Positions 1 through 8,310 of a stretch of DNA of 64,000 nucleotides are shown piece by piece. The DNA comes from a phage. The translations under genes and the position numbers were made by a program. The DNA lies in sequence record PZ357121.2; one strand, written 5' to 3'. The notes beneath the pieces are model-generated. The model saw only the letters and a program-made list of their open reading frames with translations. It did no database searches and had not been told where the DNA came from. Within the stretch, counting starts at the first letter, position 1; every line of letters begins with the position of its first letter.

Positions 1-74
1 TGGATATCAATAGGATTCCCACCTACCGACATGATGTTTTGATAACGAACACGATTTAATTTAAATGATTTCAT
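1..74 (-). CDS. 46: recombination nuclease subunit gp46, N-terminal 24 codons only (gene continues past window start)
   Basis: ATG at 72-74 on minus strand translates MKSFKLNRVRYQNIMSVGGNPIDI and stays open to position 1; start overlaps stop of upstream ORF (ATGA); lies downstream of gene 47 as in T4-like phages. Confidence 0.55.
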   Translation of the reverse strand, partial: MKSFKLNRVRYQNIMSVGGNPIDI

Positions 75-313
75 ATGTATTCTCTTCGAATGAAGTCCTC
101 TACATATTTTAACATGTCATCCCTATCAGCAAAATATTCATCTAGTTCTGCATACATAACAACACCTGGTGCGTACTCACAGGTAACATACATTGTTCCG
201 AAGAAACGAGGAGATGATTCCTCGTAATTCTCAGTCCATTCAACGATACCAATATAACCGTCACCAATACTAAATTCATGACGATGGATTTCATAGTCAG
301 TCTTCGTAGTCAT
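71..313 (-). CDS. hypothetical small acidic protein (between 47 and 46)
   Basis: ORF track 71..322; start moved to ATG at 311-313, which has GAGGA about 9 nt upstream. Confidence 0.45.
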   Translation of the reverse strand: MTTKTDYEIHRHEFSIGDGYIGIVEWTENYEESSPRFFGTMYVTCEYAPGVVMYAELDEYFADRDDMLKYVEDFIRREYI

Positions 314-557
314 TATAAGCATCCTCGATGCAGGCTTCAGCCATTTTCAGAAGAGAACCAGGAGTATCACCGTCCATTACATTGAAACTGAATTCCACAG
401 CCCAGTCTGTACAGACACGAACTGCTTTAACTTCACCGTCTTCAACTCGTAATGGTTCAATCCAGTATTTCACTGTGTTCTCGAATCCGTCGTCGTCAAT
501 AACGTCTATTTCAACTTCAAGCCCGAGCCCAGCATTGTTAAATTCATCTAAAGTCAT
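297..557 (-). CDS. hypothetical small acidic protein (between 47 and 46)
   Basis: ORF track 86 aa; ATG overlaps gene 47 stop (ATGA coupling). Confidence 0.5.
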   Translation of the reverse strand: MTLDEFNNAGLGLEVEIDVIDDDGFENTVKYWIEPLRVEDGEVKAVRVCTDWAVEFSFNVMDGDTPGSLLKMAEACIEDAYNDYED

Positions 558-1573
558 TGTGTTGCCTCAATATAAAGTTCGTTGGAATATTTGACCAGCG
601 CTTCTCTGTCTTCGTCTGAGATATCTGGAATCGCGTCAATATATTCTTTAATGATATCTTGAAGTGATTTAATCTCGATTTCCTGGTCGTCATCAGATTC
701 AACACTGTTATCAACTTTAGAAACCATACGAAGAGAGTGAACTACTTTTTCAAGTTCAGATTCAAACTTAGTCAAATCTGAATCAATTTCTGATACTATA
801 ACACGTACGGCTAGATTAGTATAATCAGAATAATTGATTTTGCCTTTAAACGGATAAGTGATTCGTCGATGCCATGTTGTTTCATTAGGAATAAATTCCA
901 TACGTTCGACATCAGTGTCAAATACCCAGAATCCGCGCGGGTCGTTCTCATCACCTGCAGTAAGAGTCCATGGTGTCCCAATATATTTGACGTTAGCAGC
1001 TTCAGAGATTGTGTGGAAGTGGCCGGACCAGACTTGTTTATAGGTCTTTAAGAAATCAGGTTCAAGCCCATGAGACTTCATTCCTTTATAGAAATAAAAG
1101 CCGTTCAGTTCCCAGTGACCAACACAATATGCAGCAGAAGAAGTCTTGATGTGCTCTAAGATTTCACCTGTATTTTCTTCACACATCCATGGAACGATAT
1201 CAATCAGGCATCCGTCAAAATCTACAGTAGTTGGATGTTCGTAAATAGTAAAGTTTTCAAATTGAGTTAACAATTCAGAAACAGTGTTAGGTGTTATTGT
1301 ATTCTTAAACGCCATGTCATGGTTTCCTATCGTGACATGAACGTGAATGCCTGCTTTAGAAATCATATCAACGATTTCACGATTGAATTCCATTGTACGA
1401 TGTGTTATTGCTTTACGGACGTCAAACCAATCACCGTACTGAATCCAAGTTTTAATCCCGTGTTTCTTAGAGTATTCAATTGCTTGTCGAATACCATCAC
1501 GTTGAATATCTTGAACCCATGGGTCGTCTTGTTTGACTCCGATATGGAAGTCGCCTAAGTGCAAAATTTTCAT
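554..1573 (-). CDS. 47: recombination endonuclease subunit gp47 (Mre11/SbcD-like phosphoesterase)
   Basis: 339 aa; calcineurin-like phosphoesterase motifs LHLGDFH, GDWFD, GNHD, GHWE; GAGGAAA Shine-Dalgarno before ATG at 1573; same length as T4 gp47. Confidence 0.9.
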   Translation of the reverse strand: MKILHLGDFHIGVKQDDPWVQDIQRDGIRQAIEYSKKHGIKTWIQYGDWFDVRKAITHRTMEFNREIVDMISKAGIHVHVTIGNHDMAFKNTITPNTVSELLTQFENFTIYEHPTTVDFDGCLIDIVPWMCEENTGEILEHIKTSSAAYCVGHWELNGFYFYKGMKSHGLEPDFLKTYKQVWSGHFHTISEAANVKYIGTPWTLTAGDENDPRGFWVFDTDVERMEFIPNETTWHRRITYPFKGKINYSDYTNLAVRVIVSEIDSDLTKFESELEKVVHSLRMVSKVDNSVESDDDQEIEIKSLQDIIKEYIDAIPDISDEDREALVKYSNELYIEATQ

Positions 1574-1596
1574 ATTATTTCCTCATTAGTTAATTC

Positions 1597-1624
1597 ATTC
1601 TATCATCCGTTTATAAAGCAAAAA
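1597..1624 (-). promoter_or_regulatory. T4-type middle promoter (MotA box TTTTGCTTTA plus -10 TAGAAT) upstream of gene 47
   Basis: minus strand reads TTTTTTGCTTTATAAACGGATGATAGAATGAATTAACTAATGAGGAAATAATATG; MotA box consensus (a/t)3TGCTT(t/c)A with TAnnnT 11 nt downstream. Confidence 0.55.
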
Positions 1625-1643
1625 AGGAACTCCGAAGAGTTCC
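1619..1643 (-). terminator. rho-independent terminator hairpin (GGAACTC-TTCG-GAGTTCC then T-run) for minus-strand transcription
   Basis: plus strand aaaaaggaactccgaagagttcc; on minus strand a 7-bp stem with tetraloop followed by TTTTTT; overlaps stop of upstream small ORF. Confidence 0.6.
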
Positions 1644-1816
1644 TATCCACATAGTACACCGTACAGAGGCTCATTTGAACTTTTAAATCGAATGGGCTTG
1701 TACGTAATAGTTCCTTCGGCTTTAGCTTTATCATAAGACTCTTTAAAACGTCTCATTCTTTCTGCTTTGCCTTTACGGATTTTATCAAAATTTTCAGAAG
1801 TCGGGATGTTCGTCAT
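1643..1816 (-). CDS. hypothetical 57-aa basic protein (below ORF-track size cutoff)
   Basis: hand translation MTNIPTSENFDKIRKGKAERMRRF...; ATG at 1814-1816 with GAGAGGTG upstream. Confidence 0.35.
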   Translation of the reverse strand: MTNIPTSENFDKIRKGKAERMRRFKESYDKAKAEGTITYKPIRFKSSNEPLYGVLCG

Positions 1817-1855
1817 GCATAAGCACCTCTCAGAAAATGCCTAAATCGATTTCTC

Positions 1856-2062
1856 TCATCGTTTCCACCATTTCTTAACTTGAAATGAATCAACCCACAC
1901 GAGTTGTTTTGGATCTGCCTTTACAATAGGCGGACAAATTTCTGTAATAGAACCGTCGTGATATTCCTTTTCGGAAATTTTAACACAAAGAGGACCACCC
2001 AATTTAACGGTGAACCCTGCGTTCAGCTTCAGACGTTTAAACTTTGTTTGAACTAGCGCCAT
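1856..2062 (-). CDS. hypothetical protein
   Basis: ORF track 1856..2077 begins at TTG; first ATG at 2060-2062 gives 68 aa. Confidence 0.4.
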   Translation of the reverse strand: MALVQTKFKRLKLNAGFTVKLGGPLCVKISEKEYHDGSITEICPPIVKADPKQLVWVDSFQVKKWWKR

Positions 2063-2360
2063 TAATGATGTCCTCAATAGCCTGACGAGTAGTAACCCAC
2101 TGGATTTTAATTAACTTGTCATTATACGGTTGTCGTAGAATATCCCGAGATTTCTTAATAGCATATTCGTAAGCTTCGAAGTTGTTTTGAATTGCTGCTT
2201 CTTGAGCATGTGCATAAAGACGGTTTAGTTCAAAACGATTCTTTTTAAGAATCTTTTCGGATTTTTTACGTGCTTCAGCTTCATTTTTCTTTTGGATTTC
2301 TTGTAGCATTTTAGCTACTGCATCTTCTGCTTCTTTATTTTCAATAATCTCGGTAGTCAT
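2037..2360 (-). CDS. hypothetical coiled-coil protein
   Basis: ORF track 107 aa, charged helical composition. Confidence 0.5.
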   Translation of the reverse strand: MTTEIIENKEAEDAVAKMLQEIQKKNEAEARKKSEKILKKNRFELNRLYAHAQEAAIQNNFEAYEYAIKKSRDILRQPYNDKLIKIQWVTTRQAIEDIINGASSNKV

Positions 2361-2361
2361 A

Positions 2362-2571
2362 TTATCTCATTAAATTAAAATAAAAACGTCCATCCTCTTC
2401 AATACAGAACTCATACTCAACTGGAGTCCCATTTATTGAAAATGACACGTCATGTGGGTTCAAAGGGTCGATGTCAAAATTAATTTTAAATTCACGACCC
2501 AACAGTTTTACCAAATAAGGGATTGCTTCGTCAAAAGGTTCTTCTAAGTAGTTAGAGATGTCAATTGTCAT
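2362..2571 (-). CDS. hypothetical protein
   Basis: ORF track 2362..2655 overlaps gene 55 by ~95 nt; internal ATG at 2569-2571 with GAGGA upstream gives 69 aa. Confidence 0.4.
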   Translation of the reverse strand: MTIDISNYLEEPFDEAIPYLVKLLGREFKINFDIDPLNPHDVSFSINGTPVEYEFCIEEDGRFYFNLMR

Positions 2572-3118
2572 CCTCATATAAAAAATCCAAACTAGGCGAA
2601 TCGCTAACAACTTCCTTCTTTTCAGCCCCAGGAGCTTTATAAGCGGATTCTTCATAATGCGTCATTTTATCGTAGATGTCTTGAATAAACGTTTCATCTA
2701 CCAACGCTACCATATCATCGTCATGACTGTCGTAGACATTATGAACGAAGTAACTATATTTCTTTGCAACTTCCTTACGTTCTTTTTTGATACGTTGGAC
2801 AAAAGCATTAAAACAAGCTCGAGTTATGTATGCATGTGGGTTATTGTACTTAGTTTCGTCGAAATTATGAAGTCCCTTAATAGAGGCTTCAATCCCATCT
2901 GCAATCATCTCCTGCTTCCAAGACTGGGTATATCCTGAAAAGTTGAAACGTTTGGACAGGCCTTCGGCGATAAGCATAATTGCTAAACCGATGGTATCAT
3001 TCTGACGAATAATTTTGTTTGGGTCTTTATTATTTAAGAGCTCCTTTTTCCACTCGATTATAGCGGCGAGAAGCTCTTTATTATTCACATAGTTATTTTT
3101 AGGTTTTTGTTCAGTCAT
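2561..3118 (-). CDS. 55: late-transcription sigma factor gp55
   Basis: 185 aa from ATG at 3116-3118 (ORF track starts at upstream TTG); strong similarity to my recollection of T4 gp55 (NYVNNKELL...[47 protein letters not shown]). Confidence 0.9.
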   Translation of the reverse strand: MTEQKPKNNYVNNKELLAAIIEWKKELLNNKDPNKIIRQNDTIGLAIMLIAEGLSKRFNFSGYTQSWKQEMIADGIEASIKGLHNFDETKYNNPHAYITRACFNAFVQRIKKERKEVAKKYSYFVHNVYDSHDDDMVALVDETFIQDIYDKMTHYEESAYKAPGAEKKEVVSDSPSLDFLYEDDN

Positions 3119-3139
3119 AAGTACCTCTTGGCTCAATTC

Positions 3140-3183
3140 ATAGGTCTATTATATCATAATATTTAGAGACCTATCTTAAAGCA
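3140..3183 (-). promoter_or_regulatory. promoter region upstream of gene 55: MotA-like box, TATAAT, 8-bp inverted repeat ATAGGTCT/AGACCTAT
   Basis: minus strand GCTTTAAGATAGGTCTCTAAATATTATGATATAATAGACCTATG. Confidence 0.45.
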
Positions 3184-3190
3184 CGAGATA

Positions 3191-3460
3191 CTATCGGAGC
3201 AAACAATAAGCCTGAAACACTTTTTCCATTAAACGTTTGAACTCATGGATATCGATATAAAGCTCAGTAAGACCGGCATTATAAAGAAAATCTAAAAAGT
3301 TCTCATGTGTTTCGTTATAGTCGCCTTCGTTTAATTGAGATACATGAGTTTCCCAAAAACCAACACCTTTAACAAATGGAAAATACGTAACTTTCATAAA
3401 GTTGTCGACGTAAAATTCACCCAGCTTTTCTTCAGTTATACTGATTCGAGTTAATTTCAT
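3191..3460 (-). CDS. hypothetical protein
   Basis: ORF track 89 aa. Confidence 0.5.
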   Translation of the reverse strand: MKLTRISITEEKLGEFYVDNFMKVTYFPFVKGVGFWETHVSQLNEGDYNETHENFLDFLYNAGLTELYIDIHEFKRLMEKVFQAYCLLR

Positions 3461-3684
3461 TCTAGTTCCTTTGCTGCTTCAAGAGCAACATCCAGCGAAT
3501 CAAATTGGTCTACGAAATCAATATTCAACGCATCATCAACCGTAGCATATAACCACCATTGTTTGAATTCGTATTCTAGAATAAATCCAGGACCTTCAAT
3601 CTGAGGAAGACCTAGGCTATTTGTACCAACTTCGTAACCAGCTAGACGCAGGTCATTAATCAAAGTTTCTGTTAATACGCTCAT
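3457..3684 (-). CDS. hypothetical acidic protein
   Basis: ORF track 75 aa; overlaps neighbours by 4 nt. Confidence 0.5.
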   Translation of the reverse strand: MSVLTETLINDLRLAGYEVGTNSLGLPQIEGPGFILEYEFKQWWLYATVDDALNIDFVDQFDSLDVALEAAKELE

Positions 3685-4013
3685 TTTGCCGCCTTAACAA
3701 TTTTCAGGTCAACGAATTTTTTCTTACGTTGATTTTTCATACGACGGATAGTCTTTTCAGAGATTTCATGTTTCTGATAAGCTTTAGATTCAACACCAAA
3801 TGCAGCAACGTCAAATTCAGAAAGAATATATTGTACTAGAATTTCACGAATAGAATTACGTCCAATTTTCTGGTCGTGTTTTTGCATGATTTCATAAAGA
3901 CGGAATTCCCACGCATCAAGAACTTGAGGAGTAACAATATTGCCAGATTCCAGAAGAGCAACAACTTTATCGAAAGCGAAAGAATTAACTACGTTTTTGA
4001 TTTTAGTAGACAT
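3681..4013 (-). CDS. hypothetical protein
   Basis: ORF track 3681..4061; start moved to ATG at 4013 (MSTKIKN) because upstream codons overlap the promoter hairpin; GAGGAAA upstream. Confidence 0.5.
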   Translation of the reverse strand: MSTKIKNVVNSFAFDKVVALLESGNIVTPQVLDAWEFRLYEIMQKHDQKIGRNSIREILVQYILSEFDVAAFGVESKAYQKHEISEKTIRRMKNQRKKKFVDLKIVKAAK

Positions 4014-4040
4014 ATTATTTTCCTCGGTTATTTTATTATC

Positions 4041-4080
4041 CAACGAGAGAATTATACTCATCTCTCAAGAGTTTGTATAC
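4041..4080 (-). promoter_or_regulatory. early-type promoter with -10 TATAAT between inverted arms GAGAGA/TCTCTC (copy 1 of a ~50-bp repeat)
   Basis: minus strand GTATACAAACTCTTGAGAGATGAGTATAATTCTCTCGTTGGATAATAAAA; second copy at 35440-35486. Confidence 0.55.
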
Positions 4081-4319
4081 TATTTTTTAAGCATGAAAAG
4101 TAAGTAATTTGTATCACGTGGAGTAATATCAACACCCATATCAAAGATGCCTTTATAGATTGGGTATTTGTTTTCGGTTGTATCGAAGCTGAAACTATTT
4201 CCATCACAACTAACAGTAATAGCATCTGTTAAAATGTCATACTCAATCCTAACAATTGAATCCCCAATTTTAACGTCGAGGTGTTTTTTGAATTTGATAA
4301 AATCTAATTCTTGGGCCAT
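4080..4319 (-). CDS. hypothetical protein
   Basis: ORF track 79 aa. Confidence 0.5.
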   Translation of the reverse strand: MAQELDFIKFKKHLDVKIGDSIVRIEYDILTDAITVSCDGNSFSFDTTENKYPIYKGIFDMGVDITPRDTNYLLFMLKK

Positions 4320-4340
4320 GATATTTTCCTCATTTTAAGA

Positions 4341-4380
4341 CGATAGGAAGATAATAACATGTCTTCCTATCGTTGTACAT
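4341..4380 (-). promoter_or_regulatory. early-type promoter embedded in 11-bp inverted repeat CGATAGGAAGA/TCTTCCTATCG
   Basis: minus strand ATGTACAACGATAGGAAGACATGTTATTATCTTCCTATCG. Confidence 0.5.
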
Positions 4381-4382
4381 TA

Positions 4383-4583
4383 TTAACCGAACTTTTTAGC
4401 GCCTTTCCAGCCTTCGTACATAACTGCACAAGTCAGTAGTACAGCGTGCTGGCATTCTTTGTATTTGTAAATCCAGAACCAGCGTAAGAAGTCTTCATCC
4501 TCAACGCCGTTGAGTTTCATATTGGCAAAGAATTCGGCACGTTCTTCACGAAGCTTTTGCGATAACATAGATTCAGGATTCAT
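4383..4583 (-). CDS. hypothetical protein
   Basis: ORF track 66 aa. Confidence 0.45.
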   Translation of the reverse strand: MNPESMLSQKLREERAEFFANMKLNGVEDEDFLRWFWIYKYKECQHAVLLTCAVMYEGWKGAKKFG

Positions 4584-4714
4584 TTTGTGTTCCAGGCCCC
4601 ATTTTCATCGATGAACTTAATCCAGTCATTTACAGACCATTTAGTTGTATCACCCTTTGGATTAACATTTAAAGTATATAATCCCTGCTTAAAAAGCATT
4701 CGTTTGATATTCAT
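4580..4714 (-). CDS. hypothetical small protein
   Basis: ORF track 4580..4807; start moved to ATG at 4714 (GAGGAAA upstream), 44 aa. Confidence 0.3.
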   Translation of the reverse strand: MNIKRMLFKQGLYTLNVNPKGDTTKWSVNDWIKFIDENGAWNTK

Positions 4715-4721
4715 AATTTCC

Positions 4722-5015
4722 TCAACTGTAACGATAACATTCGTTAGCTTTACGTTTGGCTTCAGTATGAGAAGTATTATAATCATACTCTTCTTTACTG
4801 TAAACATCTTTTTTCAACTTACGAACTTCTTTGCGGAGTTGTCGATTCATTTCATTCTTGACTTCAGAATCAACGCCTTTCATACGCTTCCATTTATCAG
4901 AGCGGAATATGTTTTCAACCATGTCTTTGTGGCTAACACCGTCAGGAGCTTTACGCTTACCAAAATAGTCGTAATCGCGAACTTTCAAATCTTTACGACG
5001 ATATGTTTTACCCAT
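4722..5015 (-). CDS. hypothetical basic protein
   Basis: ORF track 4722..5042 (TTG); ATG at 5013-5015 with GAGGT upstream gives 97 aa. Confidence 0.5.
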   Translation of the reverse strand: MGKTYRRKDLKVRDYDYFGKRKAPDGVSHKDMVENIFRSDKWKRMKGVDSEVKNEMNRQLRKEVRKLKKDVYSKEEYDYNTSHTEAKRKANECYRYS

Positions 5016-5022
5016 AAGTACC

Positions 5023-5271
5023 TCAGAGGTTGATTGATACAACGCGTTTGATAAAATTCACTTCACTTACTGAAAGGTCTTTAAGACCGATTGATTCTAA
5101 ACGCTGAGTAAGCGTCAACATCGGGATATAATCCCAATGAGTTTTATTTGCTTGATAAGTACGAACGCCATTAGCAATTTCAACGTTCAAATCAGAAATG
5201 GTAATGAATATCGGACGTTCGTCATTAACTTTAAGGGTTAGAACAACTTTCTTTGAATCTAAACTAATCAT
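5023..5271 (-). CDS. hypothetical protein
   Basis: ORF track 82 aa. Confidence 0.5.
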   Translation of the reverse strand: MISLDSKKVVLTLKVNDERPIFITISDLNVEIANGVRTYQANKTHWDYIPMLTLTQRLESIGLKDLSVSEVNFIKRVVSINL

Positions 5272-5450
5272 GACTTAATTTCCTTCGCAATTGAACAGAA
5301 GATACCACGGTCACAAAGCATTTCACCAATTTCTGGATATTTGATTGAACGGTACCAAACATCCAGGTTTGAAACTTTGGTTATCTGTACTGCATTACCG
5401 TTGACAGAATAGTACTGGTCAACCTTAATTTCTTTATCTTCAATTGTCAT
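5268..5450 (-). CDS. hypothetical protein
   Basis: ORF track 5268..5612; start moved to ATG at 5450 (MTIEDKEIK), GAGGAAAA upstream, 60 aa. Confidence 0.4.
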   Translation of the reverse strand: MTIEDKEIKVDQYYSVNGNAVQITKVSNLDVWYRSIKYPEIGEMLCDRGIFCSIAKEIKS

Positions 5451-5469
5451 TTTATTTTCCTCTATAGTA

Positions 5470-5507
5470 GATGGTTTAATCTTAACACATTTATTGAGGA
5501 TGTAAAC
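5470..5507 (-). promoter_or_regulatory. canonical T4-type early promoter (GTTTAC -35, TAAGAT -10), no hairpin
   Basis: minus strand GTTTACATCCTCAATAAATGTGTTAAGATTAAACC. Confidence 0.5.
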
Positions 5508-5616
5508 TGTTTTATGAAAATATTTTTTGATTTGAGAGGGGCACAAGGAGATAGTGAAGTGAAGATTCCAATGGATTATATTAGAAATGAGATAAAGAAG
5601 ACCAGGCGGCACCTGG

Positions 5617-5940
5617 TCAATCTTCTATGATATCAGAGTCATATCCTAATGAAATCAAGGACTTTTTAAACTCTGCAATATTCTTTTGTTTCTTATCATT
5701 TAAAAATATGACAGGATAACGAATATTAAGTGAAGTGAATCCTGCACGTTTAGCAAGAGATACGATTAAAGGACGGTCATATTCAATCTTACCATTATTA
5801 GTGAGGACTTTATAAAATGTATAAGGAGCATTGAGCTCCTTTAAAAGTTTTGTAACAGTATAACATCCTGGACAACGTCCAACTTCTTCAGGGATGCCAT
5901 AAATTTCAATCTTGTTCTTTAAGTTCGAGTTTTGTTCCAC
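5617..5940 (-). CDS. nrdH: glutaredoxin-like protein NrdH
   Basis: CPGC redox motif (GRCPGCYTVTKLL); ORF track 150 aa has an implausible hydrophobic N-terminal extension; GTG at 5938-5940 with AAGGA upstream gives 107 aa; start uncertain. Confidence 0.6.
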   Translation of the reverse strand: MEQNSNLKNKIEIYGIPEEVGRCPGCYTVTKLLKELNAPYTFYKVLTNNGKIEYDRPLIVSLAKRAGFTSLNIRYPVIFLNDKKQKNIAEFKKSLISLGYDSDIIED

Positions 5941-6223
5941 GAGAAATAATTCCTTGGTAAGCCCAATAAGGAGGATTAACAGAATCCTCGCCAGAGTTTT
6001 CTTCAGGAAAATAAACCTGGATAACGAAGCCGGATTCATCAAAGGTAAAATAAACCGTAGGCAGTTCACCTAACAAATCGGCACGAGCGTTGATTTCTTC
6101 GAGGTCTTGTTCACGTCCAGCCCAGAAGCTTGGGTTCAGACTACATTCATAGAAATAATAGTCATTACCGAACATATCAAAACCATTCCAACTCTCTACT
6201 ACATACCGCTCAAAACTAATCAT
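5906..6223 (-). CDS. hypothetical acidic protein
   Basis: ORF track 105 aa. Confidence 0.5.
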   Translation of the reverse strand: MISFERYVVESWNGFDMFGNDYYFYECSLNPSFWAGREQDLEEINARADLLGELPTVYFTFDESGFVIQVYFPEENSGEDSVNPPYWAYQGIISRGTKLELKEQD

Positions 6224-6225
6224 AA

Positions 6226-6441
6226 TTAAGCCTTTTTATCAAGAACAGAGTTCAGTTTATTAGTAATTTTGTCCAAACGTTCATTGAATTCGCTGGAGGA
6301 TAAACCCTTTTCTGGAGAAATTAAACTAATCACGAAAAATACACCAGTAAAAGGAATAAGAAAAATAGCTCCAACTGCCATAAACAAAAAGAACGTTACA
6401 GTTGTAAGAAAATCAGCTAAACCTTTACGAAATTTGTACAT
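6226..6441 (-). CDS. hypothetical small membrane protein
   Basis: ORF track 71 aa; hydrophobic stretch FFLFMAVGAIFLIPFTGVFFVISLI. Confidence 0.5.
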   Translation of the reverse strand: MYKFRKGLADFLTTVTFFLFMAVGAIFLIPFTGVFFVISLISPEKGLSSSEFNERLDKITNKLNSVLDKKA

Positions 6442-6551
6442 ATTTACCCTTAATTAACTAAGCATTGATAATCATTAAACTATATTGCGAATAAAATTCT
6501 GGACCAAAACGAAAAATCATATCATTTATAGTATCCATAATGTAATTCAAT

Positions 6552-7022
6552 TTAATCATGTTTCCACACCCCATCGGTATTTGACCAAAGTCGCTGATTA
6601 TCTGATCCTCGCCACAGCTTTTTAGTCGGAAGATTTTTCTCATACTTCCCATCAATAATAACATCAACATATTTAAGCATTTCTAGTTGTTTAATATCTT
6701 CAAACTTATATCCTGTCCACAACCAAATGCTTTTATTGGGATAAAGATTTTTTACTGTTTGAGCAATGCAATGAATAACATCTCGGTTATCAGGATAGAG
6801 AGGGTCACCTCCGGTTATAGTTAATCCTTCTATATAATCATTATTCAAACATTCAATTAATTGTTCTAGTGTTTCACCAGTGAATGGAACACCATTTCTA
6901 GCATTCCATGTTGATTTATTATAACACCCTTCGCATTTATGCAAACAACCTGTAACGAAAAGAACGACCCTGCATCCAGGACCATTCACAAAATCGCAAG
7001 GATAAAATCTATCATAATTCAT
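6552..7022 (-). CDS. nrdG: anaerobic ribonucleotide reductase activating protein NrdG (radical SAM)
   Basis: 156 aa; CxxxCxxC motif GCLHKCEGC; lies directly downstream of nrdD. Confidence 0.9.
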   Translation of the reverse strand: MNYDRFYPCDFVNGPGCRVVLFVTGCLHKCEGCYNKSTWNARNGVPFTGETLEQLIECLNNDYIEGLTITGGDPLYPDNRDVIHCIAQTVKNLYPNKSIWLWTGYKFEDIKQLEMLKYVDVIIDGKYEKNLPTKKLWRGSDNQRLWSNTDGVWKHD

Positions 7023-8310
7023 TGGTGTTTAACCCTATGCATGATTTCTTTATTTTTACCGAGATTAAATCCGCGTTCGTTCGGATTTCCCAAATAACCA
7101 CATGTTCTTCTTATTGTGTTCATCTTTTTAGGATCAGTTTCTCCACAAACTGAACAAACAAATCCGTTTTCAGTAGGAGTCATTTCATGGGTACTTCCGC
7201 ATGTAAAACATTTATCTACTGGCATATTAACACCAAAATAATCTAAATGTTGTGCAGCATAATCCCATACGGCCTCAAGACCTTTTAGGTTATTTTTCAT
7301 ATCAGGAAGTTCAACATAAGAAATGTGACCGCCGGTCGCTATGAAATGATATGGCGCTTCACGAGAAATCTTTTCAAACGGAGTAATATTTTCTTCTACT
7401 GAAACGTGGAAACTGTTAGTGTACCAGCCTTTATCGGTAACATCCTTTACACTTCCATATTTTTCTGTATCGAGTTTACAGAAGCGATAACAAAGGTTTT
7501 CAGCAGGAGTCGAATATAAACTAAAAGCAAAACCGGTTCTTTCAGTCCACTGCTTAAGATGAGCATTCATTTTAGTTAAAATTTCTTGTCCAATATCACG
7601 ACCGACAAGAATATTCAATTCGTGAATACCAATGTATCCTAAGGACACTGAACTTCTACCGTTTTTAAATAACTCAATTATATCGTCATCAGGTTTAAGA
7701 CGAACCCCGAATGCACCTTCTTGGTAAAGAATAGGAGCAACAGTCGCTTTAACACCCTTTAAAGAACTAATTCTACACATCAAGGCTTCAAAACACAGAT
7801 CCATTCGTTCATTAAACAACTCGATAAATTTCTGTTCATTGAACTGTGTTCCAATATAAGAATCTAATGCGATGCGAGGAAGATTCAGCGTTACAACACC
7901 GAGATTATTACGTCCATCAAGAATTTCATTACCAGTCGAATCTTTCCATACGCTCAAGAAACTACGGCAACCCATTGGAGAAACTGGAACTGAAGAACCG
8001 GTAATAGCTTTATTATTCTTAACCGAAATAATGTCAGGATACATTCTTTTGCTTGCGCATTCTAACGCAAGTTGTTTAATATCATAGTTCGGATCATCTT
8101 TATAAAGATTAACACCTTCTTCAACAAACATAACAAGTTTAGGAAAAATAGGAGTTATTCCATCACGACCAAGACCTTTAATGCGGTTTTTAAGAATTGC
8201 CTTCTGAATAATTCGTTCAGTCCAGTCAATTCCCGTACCAAATGTAATTGTCACAAAAGGCGTTTGTCCATTAGAGCTGAAAAGTGTATTTACTTCATCA
8301 TTATATTCAG
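7019..8310 (-). CDS. nrdD: anaerobic ribonucleotide reductase NrdD, exon 2
   Basis: glycyl radical motif RRTCGYLGNP and zinc ribbon CFTCGS...CSVCGE at C-terminus; exon boundary inferred at about 8310. Confidence 0.85.

Noticed and set aside
328-1558. Plus-strand ORFs (328..594, 858..1043, 869..1051, 1319..1558) overlapping genes 47 and its neighbours
   Set aside because: Antisense to well-supported minus-strand genes, no ribosome binding sites, low-complexity composition typical of reverse-frame translation
4587-5033. Plus-strand 148-aa ORF across several small minus-strand genes
   Set aside because: Phe/Ile-rich antisense artefact; the minus-strand genes have Shine-Dalgarno sequences and tight coupling
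5941-6069. N-terminal 43 codons of the 150-aa ORF-track frame for nrdH
   Set aside because: Hydrophobic junk sequence overlapping the upstream gene; the glutaredoxin domain starts at the GTG at 5940
6458-6670. Minus-strand 70-aa ORF overlapping the 3' end of nrdG
   Set aside because: Out-of-frame overlap with a strongly supported gene; no independent start signals
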